This document shows, one piece after another, positions 24,662-44,530 of a stretch of DNA of 64,000 bases (the first letter of the stretch is position 1; each line of letters opens with the position of its first letter). Source of the DNA: Eledone cirrhosa (Eukaryota); NCBI GenBank assembly GCA_964016885.1, contig OZ024751.1:13888001-13952000 (forward strand). The letters are read 5' to 3'. The notes under the pieces were generated by a model that saw only the letters and a list, made by a program, of their open reading frames with translations, searched no databases and had not been told where the DNA came from. Both the position numbers and the translations under genes were made by a program.

Positions 24662-25047
24662 AAGGCGGGTAAAATTCCCGAGATCCATGGACGAGTTCTC
24701 TCCAGCGGTCTCTGTCCCTCATTATCGCTGCCATATCCTGCATCTCCAACAGACCAGTGTCTGTCCTTAGGGCATCAACATATGTTAACCTTGGTCTTCC
24801 ACTTCTAGTGTGTCCATGTAGGGGCTCCCAAAGGAGCACTGAGTGCAATGTCAACTCTGGATGTCGGTGAGCATGTCCAGCCAACCTCAGTCTCCTCTGT
24901 GTCACTTTTGAGCTGACTTTTGGGATGCTCCCATACAGCTCTGAGTTTTTCATCCTCAGTGTATACTGATTAATGTTCAGAGCCATCCTCAGCATTCTCG
25001 TGTAGCACCCATCCACCATCTGAGTGAGTCTCTTGGTCAGTGTCCAT
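24660..25047 (-). mobile_element. RTE-clade LINE 3' fragment
   Basis: WTLTK....[13 protein letters not shown]...RRLRLAGH...GRPRLTY.D....D...MRDRDRWR; both ends lie in (TA)n. Confidence 0.88.
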
Positions 25048-25085
25048 ATATATACATATATATATATATATATACATATATATAC

Positions 25086-25118
<33 letters not shown>

Positions 25119-25167
25119 CATATATATACATATATATATATATACATATATATACATATATATATAC

Positions 25168-25238
<71 letters not shown>

Positions 25239-25241
25239 CAC

Positions 25242-25306
<65 letters not shown>

Positions 25307-25353
25307 CATATATACATATATATATATATATACACATACATATATATATATAC

Positions 25354-25398
<45 letters not shown>

Positions 25399-25549
25399 CA
25401 TATATATACATATATATATATATATATACATACATATATACATATATATATATACATATATACATATATATACATATATATACATATATACATACATATA
25501 TACATATATATATATACATATATATATATACATATATACATATATATAC

Positions 25550-25580
<31 letters not shown>

Positions 25581-25589
25581 CATATATAT

Positions 25590-25632
<43 letters not shown>

Positions 25633-25637
25633 TACAC

Positions 25638-25714
<77 letters not shown>

Positions 25715-25833
25715 TATATACATATATATATACAAATATATATACATATATATATACATATATATATACATATATATACATATATATACATATATACATA
25801 TATATATACATATATATACATATATATATATAT

Positions 25834-25866
<33 letters not shown>

Positions 25867-25883
25867 TATATACATATATATAC

Positions 25884-25936
<53 letters not shown>

Positions 25937-25951
25937 TATACATATATATAC

Positions 25952-26028
<77 letters not shown>

Positions 26029-26053
26029 CATATATATACATATATATATATAC

Positions 26054-26086
<33 letters not shown>

Positions 26087-26287
26087 CATATATATACATA
26101 TATATATACATATATATACGTATATATATACATATACATATACATATATATATACATATATATACATATATACATATATATACATATATATACATATATA
26201 TACATATATATATATATACATATATATATACATATATACATATATATTCATATATATAAACATATATATATACATATATACATATAT

Positions 26288-27006
26288 AGAAAGATTTGAA
26301 TGGATACAGTTTAGTTGAAAGGAATTTATTGACACGTGTTTCTATAACAGTTACATAACCTAAAACAGCTATCTACAAACTTTTAGTTATGCAGACATTC
26401 AATATTTCAATGTTATTATTTACTGTCATTTCATCAGAATAATATTACTGAGGACCTATTTAGTTTTTATAGAGAATATTAGGAGGGAGGGGTGAAGTTG
26501 TTAGAAGAATAGTTGAAGGAGTGGTTTTTCGATAGCAGTGAGAATTCTTGGTGGCAGTGAGTAATTAGATTCCCATCTGTTGTTTTGACATTTTTTATAG
26601 AATATATTATTGGTTATTTTTCTAAATCTATAGAAGGATTAGAGATAGTAAAGATATGCGTGGTTGGTTTTGTGTTTGCACTTAATTAACATTCAGACTT
26701 AAATTTTTCTTTCAAGTGTACGTATCCTTTCACCCACGCATTCACACACAAATATATTTGCACACCTCTACAAAATACATATACTCACAATTCACATATT
26801 CATACTTACATATATATACACATGCATACACATATATATACACACATGTATTCATGTACATACATACGCGCTCATGTGTAAACATTTTCATACTCAACTT
26901 ATCTTTATATACACACGTATAGACACACTCATATATACATACATACTCTAGTCTATGTGTACACACATACACATACTTACACATCCATATACACATATAT
27001 ACATAC

Positions 27007-27073
<67 letters not shown>

Positions 27074-27834
27074 CACATATACATACACATACATATACAC
27101 ACATATACATACACATATATATATAAGCACTTTAATACATGAATACACTTACATCTAACTATACACATCAAACATATATATATATTTACTTATTTATATA
27201 CATTTTCTCATATATATACATACTTATGGACGTTTTTAGACACATTCATTATCGCATATTTGTACCTATTCTCATCAGCATATCTTTTCATTATTAGTAT
27301 GGTAATTTAAGGTTATTAATATATGTTGAGAAGAGATTGTTTTCATATTTTTCTAACTAGATTAAGGTTTATATAGTTGGGGGATGTCCCTCTTTTATGT
27401 AATATTCGGCTTGTAGTGGGAAAAAAGGGTTTTAGTTCTGTGACGGCAGAATAATGTTCGTTCAATTCTGTTATTCAGCAGTTTTTTCCCACTACAAGCC
27501 GAATATTACATAAAAGAGGGACATCCCCCAACTATATAAACCTTAATCTAGTTAGAAAAATATAAAAACAATCTCTTCTCAACATATATTAATAACCTTA
27601 AATTACCATACTAATAATGAAAAGATATGCTGATGAGAATAGGTACAAATATGCGATAATGAATGTGTCTAAAAACGTCCATAAGTATGTATATATATGA
27701 GAAAATGTATATAAATAAGTAAATATATATATATGTTTGATGTGTATAGTTAGATGTAAGTGTATTCATGTATTAAAGTGCTTATATATATATGTGTATG
27801 TATATGTGTGTATATGTATGTGTATGTATATGTG

Positions 27835-27893
<59 letters not shown>

Positions 27894-28725
27894 GTATGTA
27901 TATATGTGTATATGGATGTGTAAGTATGTGTATGTGTGTACACATAGACTAGAGTATGTATGTATATATGAGTGTGTCTATACGTGTGTATATAAAGATA
28001 AGTTGAGTATGAAAATGTATACACATGAGCGCGTATGTATGTACATGAATACATGTGTGTATATATATGTGTATGCATGTGTATATATATGTAAGTATGA
28101 ATATGTGAATTGTGAGTATATGTATTTTGTAGAGGTGTGCAAATATATTTGTGTGTGAATGCGTGGGTGAAAGGATACGTACACTTGAAAGAAAAATTTA
28201 AGTCTGAATGTTAATTAAGTGCAAACACAAAACCAACCACGCATATCTTTACTATCTCTAATCCTTCTATAGATTTAGAAAAATAACCAATAATATATTC
28301 TATAAAAAATGTCAAAACAACAGATGGGAATCTAATTACTCACTGCCACCAAGAATTCTCACTGCTATCGAAAAACCACTCCTTCAACTATTCTTCTAAC
28401 AACTTCACCCCTCCCTCCTAATATTCTCTATAAAAACTAAATAGGTCCTCAGTAATATTATTCTGATGAAATGACAGTAAATAATAACATTGAAATATTG
28501 AATGTCTGCATAACTAAAAGTTTGTAGATAGCTGTTTTAGGTTATGTAACTGTTATAGAAACACGTGTCAATAAATTCCTTTCAACTAAACTGTATCCAT
28601 TCAAATCTTTCTATTTTTCTCCGGATTACTTTTGGAACTACAACTGGAACCGCCGAGCAAACTCTACGTGAGCTGATAATCTACTGTGTGTAATATTTAT
28701 ATTACAACACAACGGAAAATACTGT
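26288..28725. mobile_element. Fold-back PLE 3' end (family A): ~1.13-kb inverted arms, 55-bp spacer, tail on + arm only
   Basis: 26288-27426 is the reverse complement of 27482-28613 and is near-identical to 34347-35491. HHRs at 26326-26442 (-) and 28458-28574 (+). Confidence 0.92.
28458..28574 (+). ncRNA. Hammerhead with 88-nt stem II domain (family A); copies at 26326-26442 (-) and 34386-34502 (-)
   Basis: ttatt CTGATGA a atgacagt...actgttat a GAAA cacgtg TC aataa; palindromic ACACGTGT and a GUC cleavage triplet. Confidence 0.85.
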
Positions 28726-28949
28726 ATATATACATATATATATACATATATATTCATATATATATACATATATACATGCATATCTACATATATATATATA
28801 TATTTATATATATATATATACACATATATACATATATACACATATATACATATATATATATATATATATACATATATACACATATATATATATATATACA
28901 TATATACACATATATATATATATATACATATTTATACATATATATACAA

Positions 28950-28996
<47 letters not shown>

Positions 28997-29011
28997 TATG
29001 TATATATATAC

Positions 29012-29042
<31 letters not shown>

Positions 29043-29181
29043 CATATATACATATATATATATATATACATATATACATATATATATATATATACATACA
29101 TATATATATATATATATATTTAGCTTCGCTTATTACTGCTATATATATATATACATATATTCATATATATATATACATATA

Positions 29182-29225
<44 letters not shown>

Positions 29226-29377
29226 CATATATATATGTTTAGCTTCGTTTATTACTGCTATATATATATATACATATATTCATGTATATATATATATACA
29301 TATATTCATATATATATATATATATATACATATATTCATATATATATATATATACATATATTCATATATATATATAT

Positions 29378-29408
<31 letters not shown>

Positions 29409-29640
29409 TACACATATATATATATATACACATATATATATATATACACATATATATATATACACACATATATATATATATATATACACACATATATATA
29501 TATACACATATATATATATATATATATACACATATATATATATATACACATATATATATATATACACATATATATATATACACACATATATATATATATA
29601 CACATATATATATACACATATATATATATATATACACACA

Positions 29641-29784
<144 letters not shown>

Positions 29785-29789
29785 TATAT

Positions 29790-29840
<51 letters not shown>

Positions 29841-29884
29841 CATATATATATACATATATATATATACATACATATATATATATT

Positions 29885-31359
<1,475 letters not shown>

Positions 31360-31374
31360 CATATATATATTTAC

Positions 31375-31405
<31 letters not shown>

Positions 31406-31466
31406 CATATATATATACATATATACATATATATATACATATATATATATATATACATATATATAC

Positions 31467-31637
<171 letters not shown>

Positions 31638-31669
31638 TATGTATATATATATATATATACATATATATG

Positions 31670-31722
<53 letters not shown>

Positions 31723-31734
31723 ATAGATATACAT

Positions 31735-31768
<34 letters not shown>

Positions 31769-31800
31769 ATACATATATATATATATACATATATATATAC

Positions 31801-31843
<43 letters not shown>

Positions 31844-32323
31844 TAGTAAATTTGTATTCCAATGTTACTAAGTAGTTGCATTGGATGGGGTCAACCGACG
31901 TCAGAGATTGCTCAACGTATAATAAAGTGTGTTTTAAAATCCGGAGAAAATATGAAGAAGAAGTTTACGAAATGGAAATGCGGGTATACAGAATTTATTA
32001 GGTAACAATTGTTTCTATAGTGTATGGGTTACCTATACCTCGCTATTTGAATAATATAAAAATATTATCATAAACCGAAGGTACACTGTAAGCAAACACA
32101 CCATGTCGTCAGACCTTTGTATTGAAATGATATGAAAATATTTTATACACTAGATAAAAGATAAAGAAGGAGGTAGGAAGAGAAGGGGAAGAGGGAAGTG
32201 AGTAAGGTGGAGGCAGTCTTAGGATTTAAGACTATCAGACTAGTAGAGATTGCGAGGAGAGAATGTTTTGGCAGCAGTTAGCTTAATGAGGCGTGTTAGG
32301 GTTGCCATAGATAGACCCTCGGA

Positions 32324-33655
32324 ATTCGACATTACGATGGCTTCTAATGATTCGGCGGAGGTCACGGATCTGGTTGGGATCTATATAGTCCATTGACTCC
32401 AGAGCGAATTTACGGACCTCCACGGCGGAATATACCGCGACGATACACTTCTATTAGTCAAGAATATGAACAAACAAAACCTAGAAAGGCGACGTAAAAA
32501 CATTAGGAAACTTTTCTTAGAACTAGGGCTTAATATTACCTTCGAACACAATCTTAAGGTGGTCAACTTCTTGGATGTCACCTTCAACCTTAATAACGGT
32601 AATATAGAGCCATTTCACAAACTTAATGAAAATCTCAAGTACGTTAATGTAAAATCGAACCACCCTCATTCCATTATTAAATCTATCCCTAAAAATATAT
32701 CCATAAGGATCTCCCGACTGTCGTCTAATTTGCAGACCTTCAACGAACATGCTGAATATTATAATGACGCACTTAGAAAAGCTGGTTACTGCGAGAAAAT
32801 AGAATATCTAGACGATAACCACATAAGTACTATGAATAAAACACACCTAAGTCGAACTAGTATTGCACCACACACATCAATAGGCATACTAATAGGTGCA
32901 AACCAGCAAATAGGGTCAGACGTAGAGAGTACATATGGTATAACCCCGTGTACAATTCTTCTATTAGCACTAAGATTATCTCACAATTCTATACACTAAT
33001 CAATAAACACTTTACAACTTCACATAAATACTATAAAATCTTTAACTCGCGCACCATTAGACTCTCATACTCCACTGCACCTAACGTAGAACAACTAATT
33101 AAAAAACTCAACTCAGCAATACTGAATAAGTACATCCCTAATGACTCAGCGCACCAGCATAGCAACATACAACGCACTAACACGCAACCACAACCCCACC
33201 AAACTATCCAGGATTCTACTGCAAAACATAAAAATAATTGTAACTGCACCAAACCAGGTACGTGCCCACTGAATAACCAGTGCCTAGCACGCAATATTGT
33301 CTACCGATGTACAATAAATTCCGGAACCAACAAATGGTATTACGTCGGATGTACCGCAACTTCTTTCAAGGCTCGCCTCTACCAACATCGATCTTCGATC
33401 AGGCACGAGAAAATGCGCTCCGTAACAACCCTCGCCGATAAAGCCTGGCAGCTTCGGAGGAACAATCAAGCGTTCTCCCTTGATTGGCAAATTATTGCAG
33501 CTGCGCCTGCATATCAGCAAAATCATCGATTCTGCAAGTTATGCAATTTAGAGATATACTGCATTTTAACGTCGGTAAACAAACTTTTGAACAGGAAAAT
33601 TGAACGTTCTCTATACTGTAACCATCGTTTGAAAACGGCTTTTTTCTTTTTTTAA
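32324..33655 (+). pseudogene. PLE RT C-half plus GIY-YIG, with a stop at 32394 and a frameshift near 32.9 kb
   Basis: FDITM.SNDSAE, GIYRDD, NFLDV, SNHP, CNC-x5-CPL-x3-C, IVY...YVGCT, CKLCNLE, LN......C.H. Confidence 0.92.
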
Positions 33656-34074
33656 ATGCATATAATGTTACCTTTTACACCACCGTTTGCAAATTTCTGT
33701 TTTATATGTTTATACACAAGATATGGCTTTCTATAATAATAGTACTAAACACTGTTTTTCTGGACCCTTTTAGAAATAACCTGCTACTATAATAGGCCTA
33801 ATAACCTGTCTGTGACACTGTACCACTTTGACCCCTTTAACTAAATTTTGTCCGAATAACACCACTAGAAGAATTTACTTCCCCGCCAACCCTAACACGC
33901 CTCATTAAGCTAACTGCTGCCAAAACATTCTCTCCTCGCAATCTCTACTAGTCTGATAGTCTTAAATCCTAAGACTCCCTCCACCTTACTCACTTCCCTC
34001 TTCCCCTTCTCTTCCTACCTCCTTCTTTATCTTTTATCTAGTGTATAAAATATTTTCATATCATTTCAATACAA

Positions 34075-34191
34075 AGGTCTGATGACATGGTGTGTTTACT
34101 TACAGTGTACCTTCGGTTTATGATAATATTTTTATATTATTCAAATAGCGAGGTATAGGTAACCCATACACTATAGAAACAATTGTTACCT
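34075..34191 (+). ncRNA. Hammerhead with 90-nt stem II domain (family B)
   Basis: aggt CTGATGA c atggtgt...acactat a GAAA caattg TT acct; palindromic ACAATTGT. Confidence 0.8.
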
Positions 34192-34268
34192 AATAAATTC
34201 TGTATACCCGCATTTCCATTTCGTAAACTTCTTCTTCATATATATATATATATATATACATATATATA

Positions 34269-34322
<54 letters not shown>

Positions 34323-34346
34323 TATATATATATATATATATATATA

Positions 34347-35087
34347 TAGAAAGATTTGAATGGATACAGTTTAGTTGAAAGGAATTTATTGACACGTGTT
34401 TCTATAACAGTTACATAACCTAAAACAGCTATCTACAAACTTTTAGTTATGCAGACATTCAATATTTCAATGTTATTATTTACTGTCATTTCATCAGAAT
34501 AATATTACTGAGGACCTATTTAGTTTTATAGAGAATATTAGGAGGGAGGGGTGAAGTTGTTAGAAGAATAGTTGAAGGAGTGGTTTTTCGATAGCAGTGA
34601 GAATTCTTGGTGGCAGTGAGTAATTAGATTCCCATCTGTTGTTTTGACATTTTTTATAGAATATATTATTGGTTATTTTTCTAAATCTATAGAAGGATTA
34701 GAGATAGTGAAGATATGCGTGGTTGGTTTTGTGTTTGCACTTAATTAACATTCAGACTTAAATTTTTCTTTCAAGTGTACGTATCCTTTCACCCACGCAT
34801 TCACACACAAATATATTTGCACACCTCTACAAAATACATATACACACAATTCACATATTCATACTTACATATATATACACATGCATACACATATATATAC
34901 ACACATGTATTCATGTACATACATACGCGCTCATGTGTATACATTTTCATACTCAACTTATCTTTATATACACACGTATAGACACACACATATATACATA
35001 CATACTCTAGTCCATGTGTACACACATACAGATACATACACATCCATATACACATATATACATACACATATATACATACATATATAC

Positions 35088-35132
<45 letters not shown>

Positions 35133-37458
35133 CATATACATACATACACAAACATACATATACACACATATACATATATATATATATATAAGCACTTTAA
35201 TACATGAATACACTTACATCTAACTATACACATCAAACATATATATATATTTACTTATTTATATACATTTTCACATATATATACATACTTATGGACGTTT
35301 TTAGACACATTCATTATCGCATATTTGTACCTATTCTCATCAGCATATCTTTTCATTATTAGTATGGTAATTTAAGGTTATTAATATATGTTGAGAAGAG
35401 ATTGTTTTTATATTTTTCTAACTAGATTAAGGTTTATATAGTTGGGGGATGTCCCTCTTTTATGTAATATTCGGCTTGTAGTGGGAAAAAAGGGTTTTAG
35501 TTCTGTGACGGCAGAATAATGTTCGTTCAATTCTGTTATTCAGCAGTTTCTTCTTGTGTGTGATTATGTAATAAATCTCAAGATTACACAATTTGCAGAA
35601 ATTTTGGCTCCTGGAAAAGCTTTGGGTTTTAGCTAATTTTTCCCATTTTAGGGTAAACTTTTGATCGCTATCCCTGAGCGTCCAAGCTTTTTCTGCTAGA
35701 GTTGTTACATTTCTTTGGCTCTGGTGTTTTATTGAGTAAGAATGCCTATACAATCGAGATTTAAACGATGTTGCCGTTGATCCCACGTAATACCACTCGT
35801 TGCCTCCGGATTTAATGGTACACTTATAAATAATATTTTTTTCCAGGCAGTTATTGCCGAGGGGGCAGTTGTCAGGATAGGTGCAGTTACAGTTGTGTAC
35901 GTTGGGTTTTCTCTGGAGTAGTATTGCGGACGAACTTAGGTGTGGTTTATTTATGTTCTGTAGTGTATTGTCTACTGTTTTTTTTGTGTTCTTTGTACTT
36001 AAGTTCTTAGTGTTTTCGTTTAACCTTCTAGTATTGATCTTTTTTATGTGTTGTTCAAGGTTTAACGCTGTAGAGTATGACAGTCTTATAGTGGTAGGGT
36101 TTAGGATTTTGTGGTATTTGTGTGATGTGGGAAAATGTCTTTTAATTATTTTAAAGAAGAGTACTGGTAAATTTGTACTAATGGAGCTATTGTATTCGGG
36201 GTTATACCATAAGTACTCTTTGCATCGCTTTCTATTAGTTTTGTTTGTTGGTTTACTGGTGTGCATACTATGGTAGTAAGTGTGGTTTGGTTTTGTGTTA
36301 TTATATCTACCTATGTGGGATTTATTTTGGGTGTTTTGATTGTTCCCATCTATGTACTCTATTTTGTTGAGGTAGCCTGCTTTACTAAGGGCGTTATCGT
36401 AGTACTCGGCGTGTTCCTTAAATACTTGTATGTTAGAAGATAGACCCGAGATTCTAAGGGAAATATTTTTAGGGATAGATTTAATTATAGAGATGGGGTG
36501 GTTAGACCCAACATTTACGTATTTGAGATTTTCATTCAATTTATGAAACGGTTTAATCAAACCAGAGTTTAAATTGAGTGTGACATCCAGGAAGTTAACT
36601 ACTTTAAGGTTGTATTCATATGTTATAGTTAGTCCTATTTCGAGTAGTAGTTTTCTTATATCTTTGCGTAGTTTTTCTAGTTTTTGGTTATTAAGGTTTT
36701 TAGCTAGGAGGAGAACATCGTCGCGGTATATTCCGCCGTGGAGATTGCTGAATTTTTCCTGGAGTCTAAAGGCGATAAATAACCCCACAATATCAGTTAT
36801 TTCCGCCGAATCGTTAGAGCCCATTGTTATGTCAAAGTTAGAGGGTCTATCTTTACGTACCCAATAACTGTTCTCAAATTTGACTATAGTTTTCCTAGCT
36901 TCTAATATAATCTTAATTTCATCGTTTGTAAGGTCAGAGTTATCCTTAGCAAACTTAATGGCTCTATTCAAAGTTTCAGGTGATATCGATGAGTAATATT
37001 CATCGATATCAAACTGGATAAACTTAGATTTATTCTTATTGCTAATGCTATTAAACCATCTTATTGCTTCTTGGGTCTTCCCCCAGAGTTTAATGTTAAC
37101 CTTAGCCTTAATTTGGGGGATGATTCTATCTAAGATATATTTGCTTATTTTACCTATATCTGATTTAGAGGGGCAGATTAATCTAATTTTAGGGTCATTA
37201 TCAAAGTTTACCTTGTGGTCCTTAAGATTGAAGGTGGGTACCGCCGGTAAGAGTGGTCGTGTCCTATCTTCGATTCCGAGATTTTTCACTATTTCGCATG
37301 CCTCATCATTGATGTGCTTAAGGGTTACTTCACTCGTTTTTCTATATTTTTTATGTAATTCTTTTCGAATGAAGTTGTTGTATGTAGTGCAATCCATAGT
37401 GTACAGGTTTGATGTTTTGTCCGCTTTTACTACAATTCCTTTGGTGTTTTTAAGGTCA
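34347..37458 (-). mobile_element. 5'-truncated Naiad-like PLE (family A) with uninterrupted RT-EN frame
   Basis: ORF plus a 1.1-kb 3' UTR plus HHR; (TA)n on both sides. Confidence 0.95.
35460..37457 (-). CDS. PLE reverse transcriptase plus GIY-YIG (5'-truncated, frame intact, about 665 codons)
   Basis: KADKT, LKDHK..F...[39 protein letters not shown]-x5-CPL-x3-C, IIY..YVGST, CKLCNLE, CRH. The part of the called ORF above 37457 is microsatellite. Confidence 0.93.
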   Translation of the reverse strand, partial: DLKNTKGIVVKADKTSNLYTMDCTTYNNFIRKELHKKYRKTSEVTLKHINDEACEIVKNLGIEDRTRPLLPAVPTFNLKDHKVNFDNDPKIRLICPSKSDIGKISKYILDRIIPQIKAKVNIKLWGKTQEAIRWFNSISNKNKSKFIQFDIDEYYSSISPETLNRAIKFAKDNSDLTNDEIKIILEARKTIVKFENSYWVRKDRPSNFDITMGSNDSAEITDIVGLFIAFRLQEKFSNLHGGIYRDDVLLLAKNLNNQKLEKLRKDIRKLLLEIGLTITYEYNLKVVNFLDVTLNLNSGLIKPFHKLNENLKYVNVGSNHPISIIKSIPKNISLRISGLSSNIQVFKEHAEYYDNALSKAGYLNKIEYIDGNNQNTQNKSHIGRYNNTKPNHTYYHSMHTSKPTNKTNRKRCKEYLWYNPEYNSSISTNLPVLFFKIIKRHFPTSHKYHKILNPTTIRLSYSTALNLEQHIKKINTRRLNENTKNLSTKNTKKTVDNTLQNINKPHLSSSAILLQRKPNVHNCNCTYPDNCPLGNNCLEKNIIYKCTIKSGGNEWYYVGSTATSFKSRLYRHSYSIKHQSQRNVTTLAEKAWTLRDSDQKFTLKWEKLAKTQSFSRSQNFCKLCNLEIYYIITHKKKLLNNRIERTLFCRHRTKTLFSHYKPNIT

Positions 37459-37514
37459 TATATATATATATATATACATATATATATGCATATATATATA
37501 TATATATATATATA

Positions 37515-37576
<62 letters not shown>

Positions 37577-37695
37577 CATATATACATATATATATATATA
37601 TACATATATACATATATATACATATATACATATATACATATATATATATATATACATATATACATATATATATATATATACATATATACATATAC

Positions 37696-37728
<33 letters not shown>

Positions 37729-37770
37729 CATATATATATGCATATATATATATATATATACATATATATA

Positions 37771-39258
<1,488 letters not shown>

Positions 39259-39268
39259 ATATATATAC

Positions 39269-39343
<75 letters not shown>

Positions 39344-39400
39344 AATATATATATATACATATATATATATGTATATATATATATATACATATATATATAC

Positions 39401-39433
<33 letters not shown>

Positions 39434-39434
39434 C

Positions 39435-39471
<37 letters not shown>

Positions 39472-39522
39472 TATATACATATATATATAAATATATACAT
39501 ATATATATACATATATATATAA

Positions 39523-39611
<89 letters not shown>

Positions 39612-39686
39612 TATATACATAAATATATATATATATACATATATACATAAATATATATATATATATACATAAATATATATATATAT

Positions 39687-39793
<107 letters not shown>

Positions 39794-39814
39794 TACATAA
39801 ATATATATATATAT

Positions 39815-39882
<68 letters not shown>

Positions 39883-39900
39883 ATAAATATATATATATAT

Positions 39901-40015
<115 letters not shown>

Positions 40016-40076
40016 TATATACATATATATATATATACTTATATACATATATATATATATACTTATATATATATAT

Positions 40077-40109
<33 letters not shown>

Positions 40110-40315
40110 TATATACATATATATATATACTTATATACATATATATATATATATACTTATATACATATATATATATATATACTTATATACATATATATAT
40201 ATACTTATATATATATATACATATATACATATATATATATATACTTATATATATATATACATATATACATATATACATATATATACTTATATACATATAT
40301 ACATATATATATATA

Positions 40316-40379
<64 letters not shown>

Positions 40380-40382
40380 TAC

Positions 40383-40413
<31 letters not shown>

Positions 40414-40415
40414 CT

Positions 40416-40471
<56 letters not shown>

Positions 40472-40521
40472 CTTATATATATATATATATATACACATAT
40501 ATACACATATATATATATACT

Positions 40522-40555
<34 letters not shown>

Positions 40556-40600
40556 CTTATATATATATATATAATATATACATATATACATATATATACT

Positions 40601-40646
<46 letters not shown>

Positions 40647-40713
40647 CTTATATATATATATATACATATATACATATATATACTTATATATATATATATA
40701 TATATACATATAA

Positions 40714-42618
40714 ATGAAGGATCATAAATCAAACTTTAACTCAAATCCTTCTATAAGACTTATATGTCCCTCCAAATCAGATATTGGAATAATTAGCAAA
40801 AAAATTTTGGATAGAGTCATCCCACAAATAAGAAAACACGTTATTTTACCACTCTGGGAAAACACTTCCCAGGTAATTAACTGGTTTAAAAATATTAGAT
40901 GTAAATCTTCTGCTTCATTTCTACAATTTGATATAGATAATTACTATTCTTCTATATCACCTATACTCCTGAACAAAGCATTGATATTTGCTAAAAATAG
41001 ATCTAACTTAACTTTGGATGACATTAATATTATTACACATGCTAGACTAACACTTATTGAATTTCAGAATGAATACTGGACCAGAAACACATATAGTAAT
41101 CTATTTGATATTACTATGGGTTCAAGCGATTCCGCCCAAATTACTGATCTTGTGGGCCTCTTTCTCCTTTTCAACATAAATGCCTCCTTTCCCCACCTTA
41201 AAGGTGGTTTATATCGTGATGACTGTCTTCTTCTTTCCAACAACCTTAGCCTTTCAGAAATAGAAAAAAACAAAAAGCATATTAGAACTTTCCTTAAAGA
41301 CTATTATAGTCTTCATATTACTTTTGAAAAAACAAGTAAAGTAGTAAATTTCCTAGATATAACTTTAGACTTAGCTACGGGTATCTACCAACCTTACCAT
41401 AAACCCAACCAAAACTTACATTACATACACTCACAATCTAATCACCCTAAATCTATCCTTAAAAAACTTGCATATAATATATCACTTAGAATTTCTAACC
41501 TTTCTTCTAACCAAGATGTATTTGATAAAAATGCGACCTTCTATAACGAAGCTCTAGATAGAAGTGGCCACAAAAATAGATTAGAATATATACCTTCTAC
41601 TAAAAATACTAAAAACATACAACCTAATATTACCAACAAACACCAAATGAAAAGTACACACCTAAATGCCACCCACACTATACCCCAAAATACCAAATCT
41701 TCTAATATAAAGTATAGTAACTCTCAAAAAACTACTCATCATACAACTCTAATAAATGTTAATAATAAAACTCCTAATAAAAAAGATAAAACACCTAAAT
41801 CTACAAATATAACTAAAAATGGTTGTGGTGAGATCATTAACATTAATCCTCCTAGTAAACATCACGATACAACCTATAAAAATAATAAAAATAATAAACA
41901 ACATAGAAACCGTAATAGACGGGTTACTTGGTATAATGCTCCATTTAATTTACAAATTAAGGATAATATTGCTAAAAAAATTTTTTATATCCTAGAGAAA
42001 AACTTCCCGCCAAACCACAAATACCATCAAATCTTAAATAGGTCTACAGTTAAATTCTCATACTCAACAACAAATAACATAAAACAAAATATAAGTGCCT
42101 ATAATGCATATAAATGTAAGAAAACCATAAGTATACCACCAATACATCAAACTAACCATAATATCTCCTCAAATACAGAATTAACGAAAGGTTGTAACTG
42201 TAGAAACAAAGCAAACTGCCCATTAAAAGGAAATTGTCTTGTTAACAACATAGTTTATAAATGTAATGTTAAAACTAAAGATTCTATTTGCTCATATATA
42301 GGAGCTACTTCTAACAATTTTAAGACAAGGTTTAATACCCACAAACATAGTTTTTAAAATGCCGCACTGGCTAATACAACATCTCTAGCAGAAAAAATCA
42401 ATAGTTATAAAAATAAGAATATAGAATATGATTTGACCTGGAGTGTGCTCAAAAGAGCCACCCCTTATCAAAATAATAGAAATGAATGTAGATTATGTTC
42501 CCAAGAACTATTTGAAATAATGAAATCTAAGGATATCCTATTAAATAAACGACAGGAATTAATTATATCGTGTAATCATAAACTAAAAAAAATATTTAAA
42601 TATTATAAACCTATTTAA
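40714..42618 (+). pseudogene. PLE RT plus GIY-YIG with one premature TAA (42355-42357)
   Basis: [34 protein letters not shown]-x5-CPL-x3-C, IVY..YIGAT. The same frame continues to CRLC..E...LNKRQE...CNH. Confidence 0.93.
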
Positions 42619-43808
42619 TAACATTATTTTAGAAATTAATATATAATTTAATTTAAATGTTAGTTAACCTATAAATTTAATTTAATTAAAATTCTACTAC
42701 AGATGAGAATATAAAATATTGTGTAATCATAAATTGTGAAAAACCTTTAAATATTACTAATATATACTTAGTAATTTAATTTATAGATTAATTTTAATTT
42801 ATTTAACCCTTTATTAAAATTCCTTTACAGATAAAATATAACAAAATATCGTGTATTCAATGACAGAGAAATAATTTTTAGTATTATAGACCTAATTATT
42901 ATACATTTTAGAAATATATTTATAATTTGGTTTTAAATTTGGTCAACCTAAAAATTTAATTTAATTGGCTTAAAAATAGTATCCTAATACAGATGGATTG
43001 CAGAGTGTCATGTAATCATAGAATGGGATAGGTTTTGGATGTATACCTAGTTAATATATTCTTTGCAATTTTTGAAAAAATATGTATATGTATGTATATA
43101 TATGTATGTGTATATATGTATATATATGTGTATATATATATGTATGTATATGTATATGTGTATGTATTAATTTTAATTTCTGTTTACCTATAATTATATT
43201 CTACTATTGATAAAATACAATATCTGTTTTATTTATTATATACCTAATTAACATATACTATAGAAATTAATATATAATTTTTAATTTAGTTAACCTATAA
43301 TTTATATTCTACTACCGATGTAATACTTTATTTGTTTTTTCCCTATTACTAAATTCATTTCCTAATATTGATACCATAACGTTAATAATTTTAATTTAGT
43401 TATACTATAATTAATACTCTACTACTATTTAACTTCAAAATTCTGCTTCAAATATTATAAACCTAAGTAATTTACACCTTAGAAATCAATATATTAACTA
43501 TCTTTAGTTTAGTTAACCTATAATTAATGGTATACTTATATTGAAATGCATAGTTTTGCCTTCTTTCTTGCATTTCCTAATACTGAAACTATGTAAACAC
43601 ATATTGTGATCTAAATGCAGATTAATATTCTATGTTTCTTGAAACATATATTTACTATAATCCCCTTCTCCCCCCCCCCCCTACTATTATTATTTGTATT
43701 TGTAAGCGTGTATGTATGTATGTATATGTAGGTAGGTGTATATATGTTTGGGTGTTTATATGTAAGTATAAAAATACATATATGCGCATGCAAATAAGGG
43801 TGTATGAT

Positions 43809-43859
<51 letters not shown>

Positions 43860-44103
43860 ATGTATATATGTGTGTGTATATATGTGTGTGTATATATGTG
43901 TGTGTATATGTATGTCTCTCTATATATATGTGTATCTTTGTATCTATGTGGGTATATGTGTGTATGTACATGTATGCACATGTATATGTCTATGTGTATA
44001 TGTGTGTATGTGTATATGTGTACGTATGTGCGCATATATATGCGAGTGTGTGTGTATATATATGTATGTCTATATATATATATATATATATATATTATTT
44101 ATT

Positions 44104-44135
<32 letters not shown>

Positions 44136-44146
44136 GAAAATATGTA

Positions 44147-44179
<33 letters not shown>

Positions 44180-44461
44180 TATATATTTGTAGTTGATGTG
44201 TGTATATGTATGTATATATATGTGTGTGTGTATGTATGTGTATATATATATGTGTGTGTGTGTGTATATGTGTGTCTGTATATATATATGTATACATATA
44301 TGTATATGTATGTGTGTGCATATTTGTCTGACTGTGTGCATTAATTTATTTATTTTTTTATTTATCTTATTTCTTTATTTTTTTATATATATGTATGTGT
44401 ATGTGTATGTATGTATGTATGTATGTATGTATGTGTGTGCATGTGTATATATATGTATGTG

Positions 44462-44530
<69 letters not shown>

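Larger units (their letters stand above)
31838..34240 (+). mobile_element. Truncated Naiad-like PLE (family B) between inverted termini
   Basis: About 31950-32300 is the reverse complement of 33890-34240. The tail 31838-31950 is present only on the - arm. HHRs at 32000-32116 (-) and 34075-34191 (+). Confidence 0.9.

Noticed and set aside
32394-32396. In-frame TGA as selenocysteine (reported for some Naiad PLEs)
   Set aside because: It aligns to Arg, not Cys, in the sister element at 35460-37457, so a CGA>TGA decay is simpler. The element also has a frameshift, and the other premature stop (42355) is TAA.
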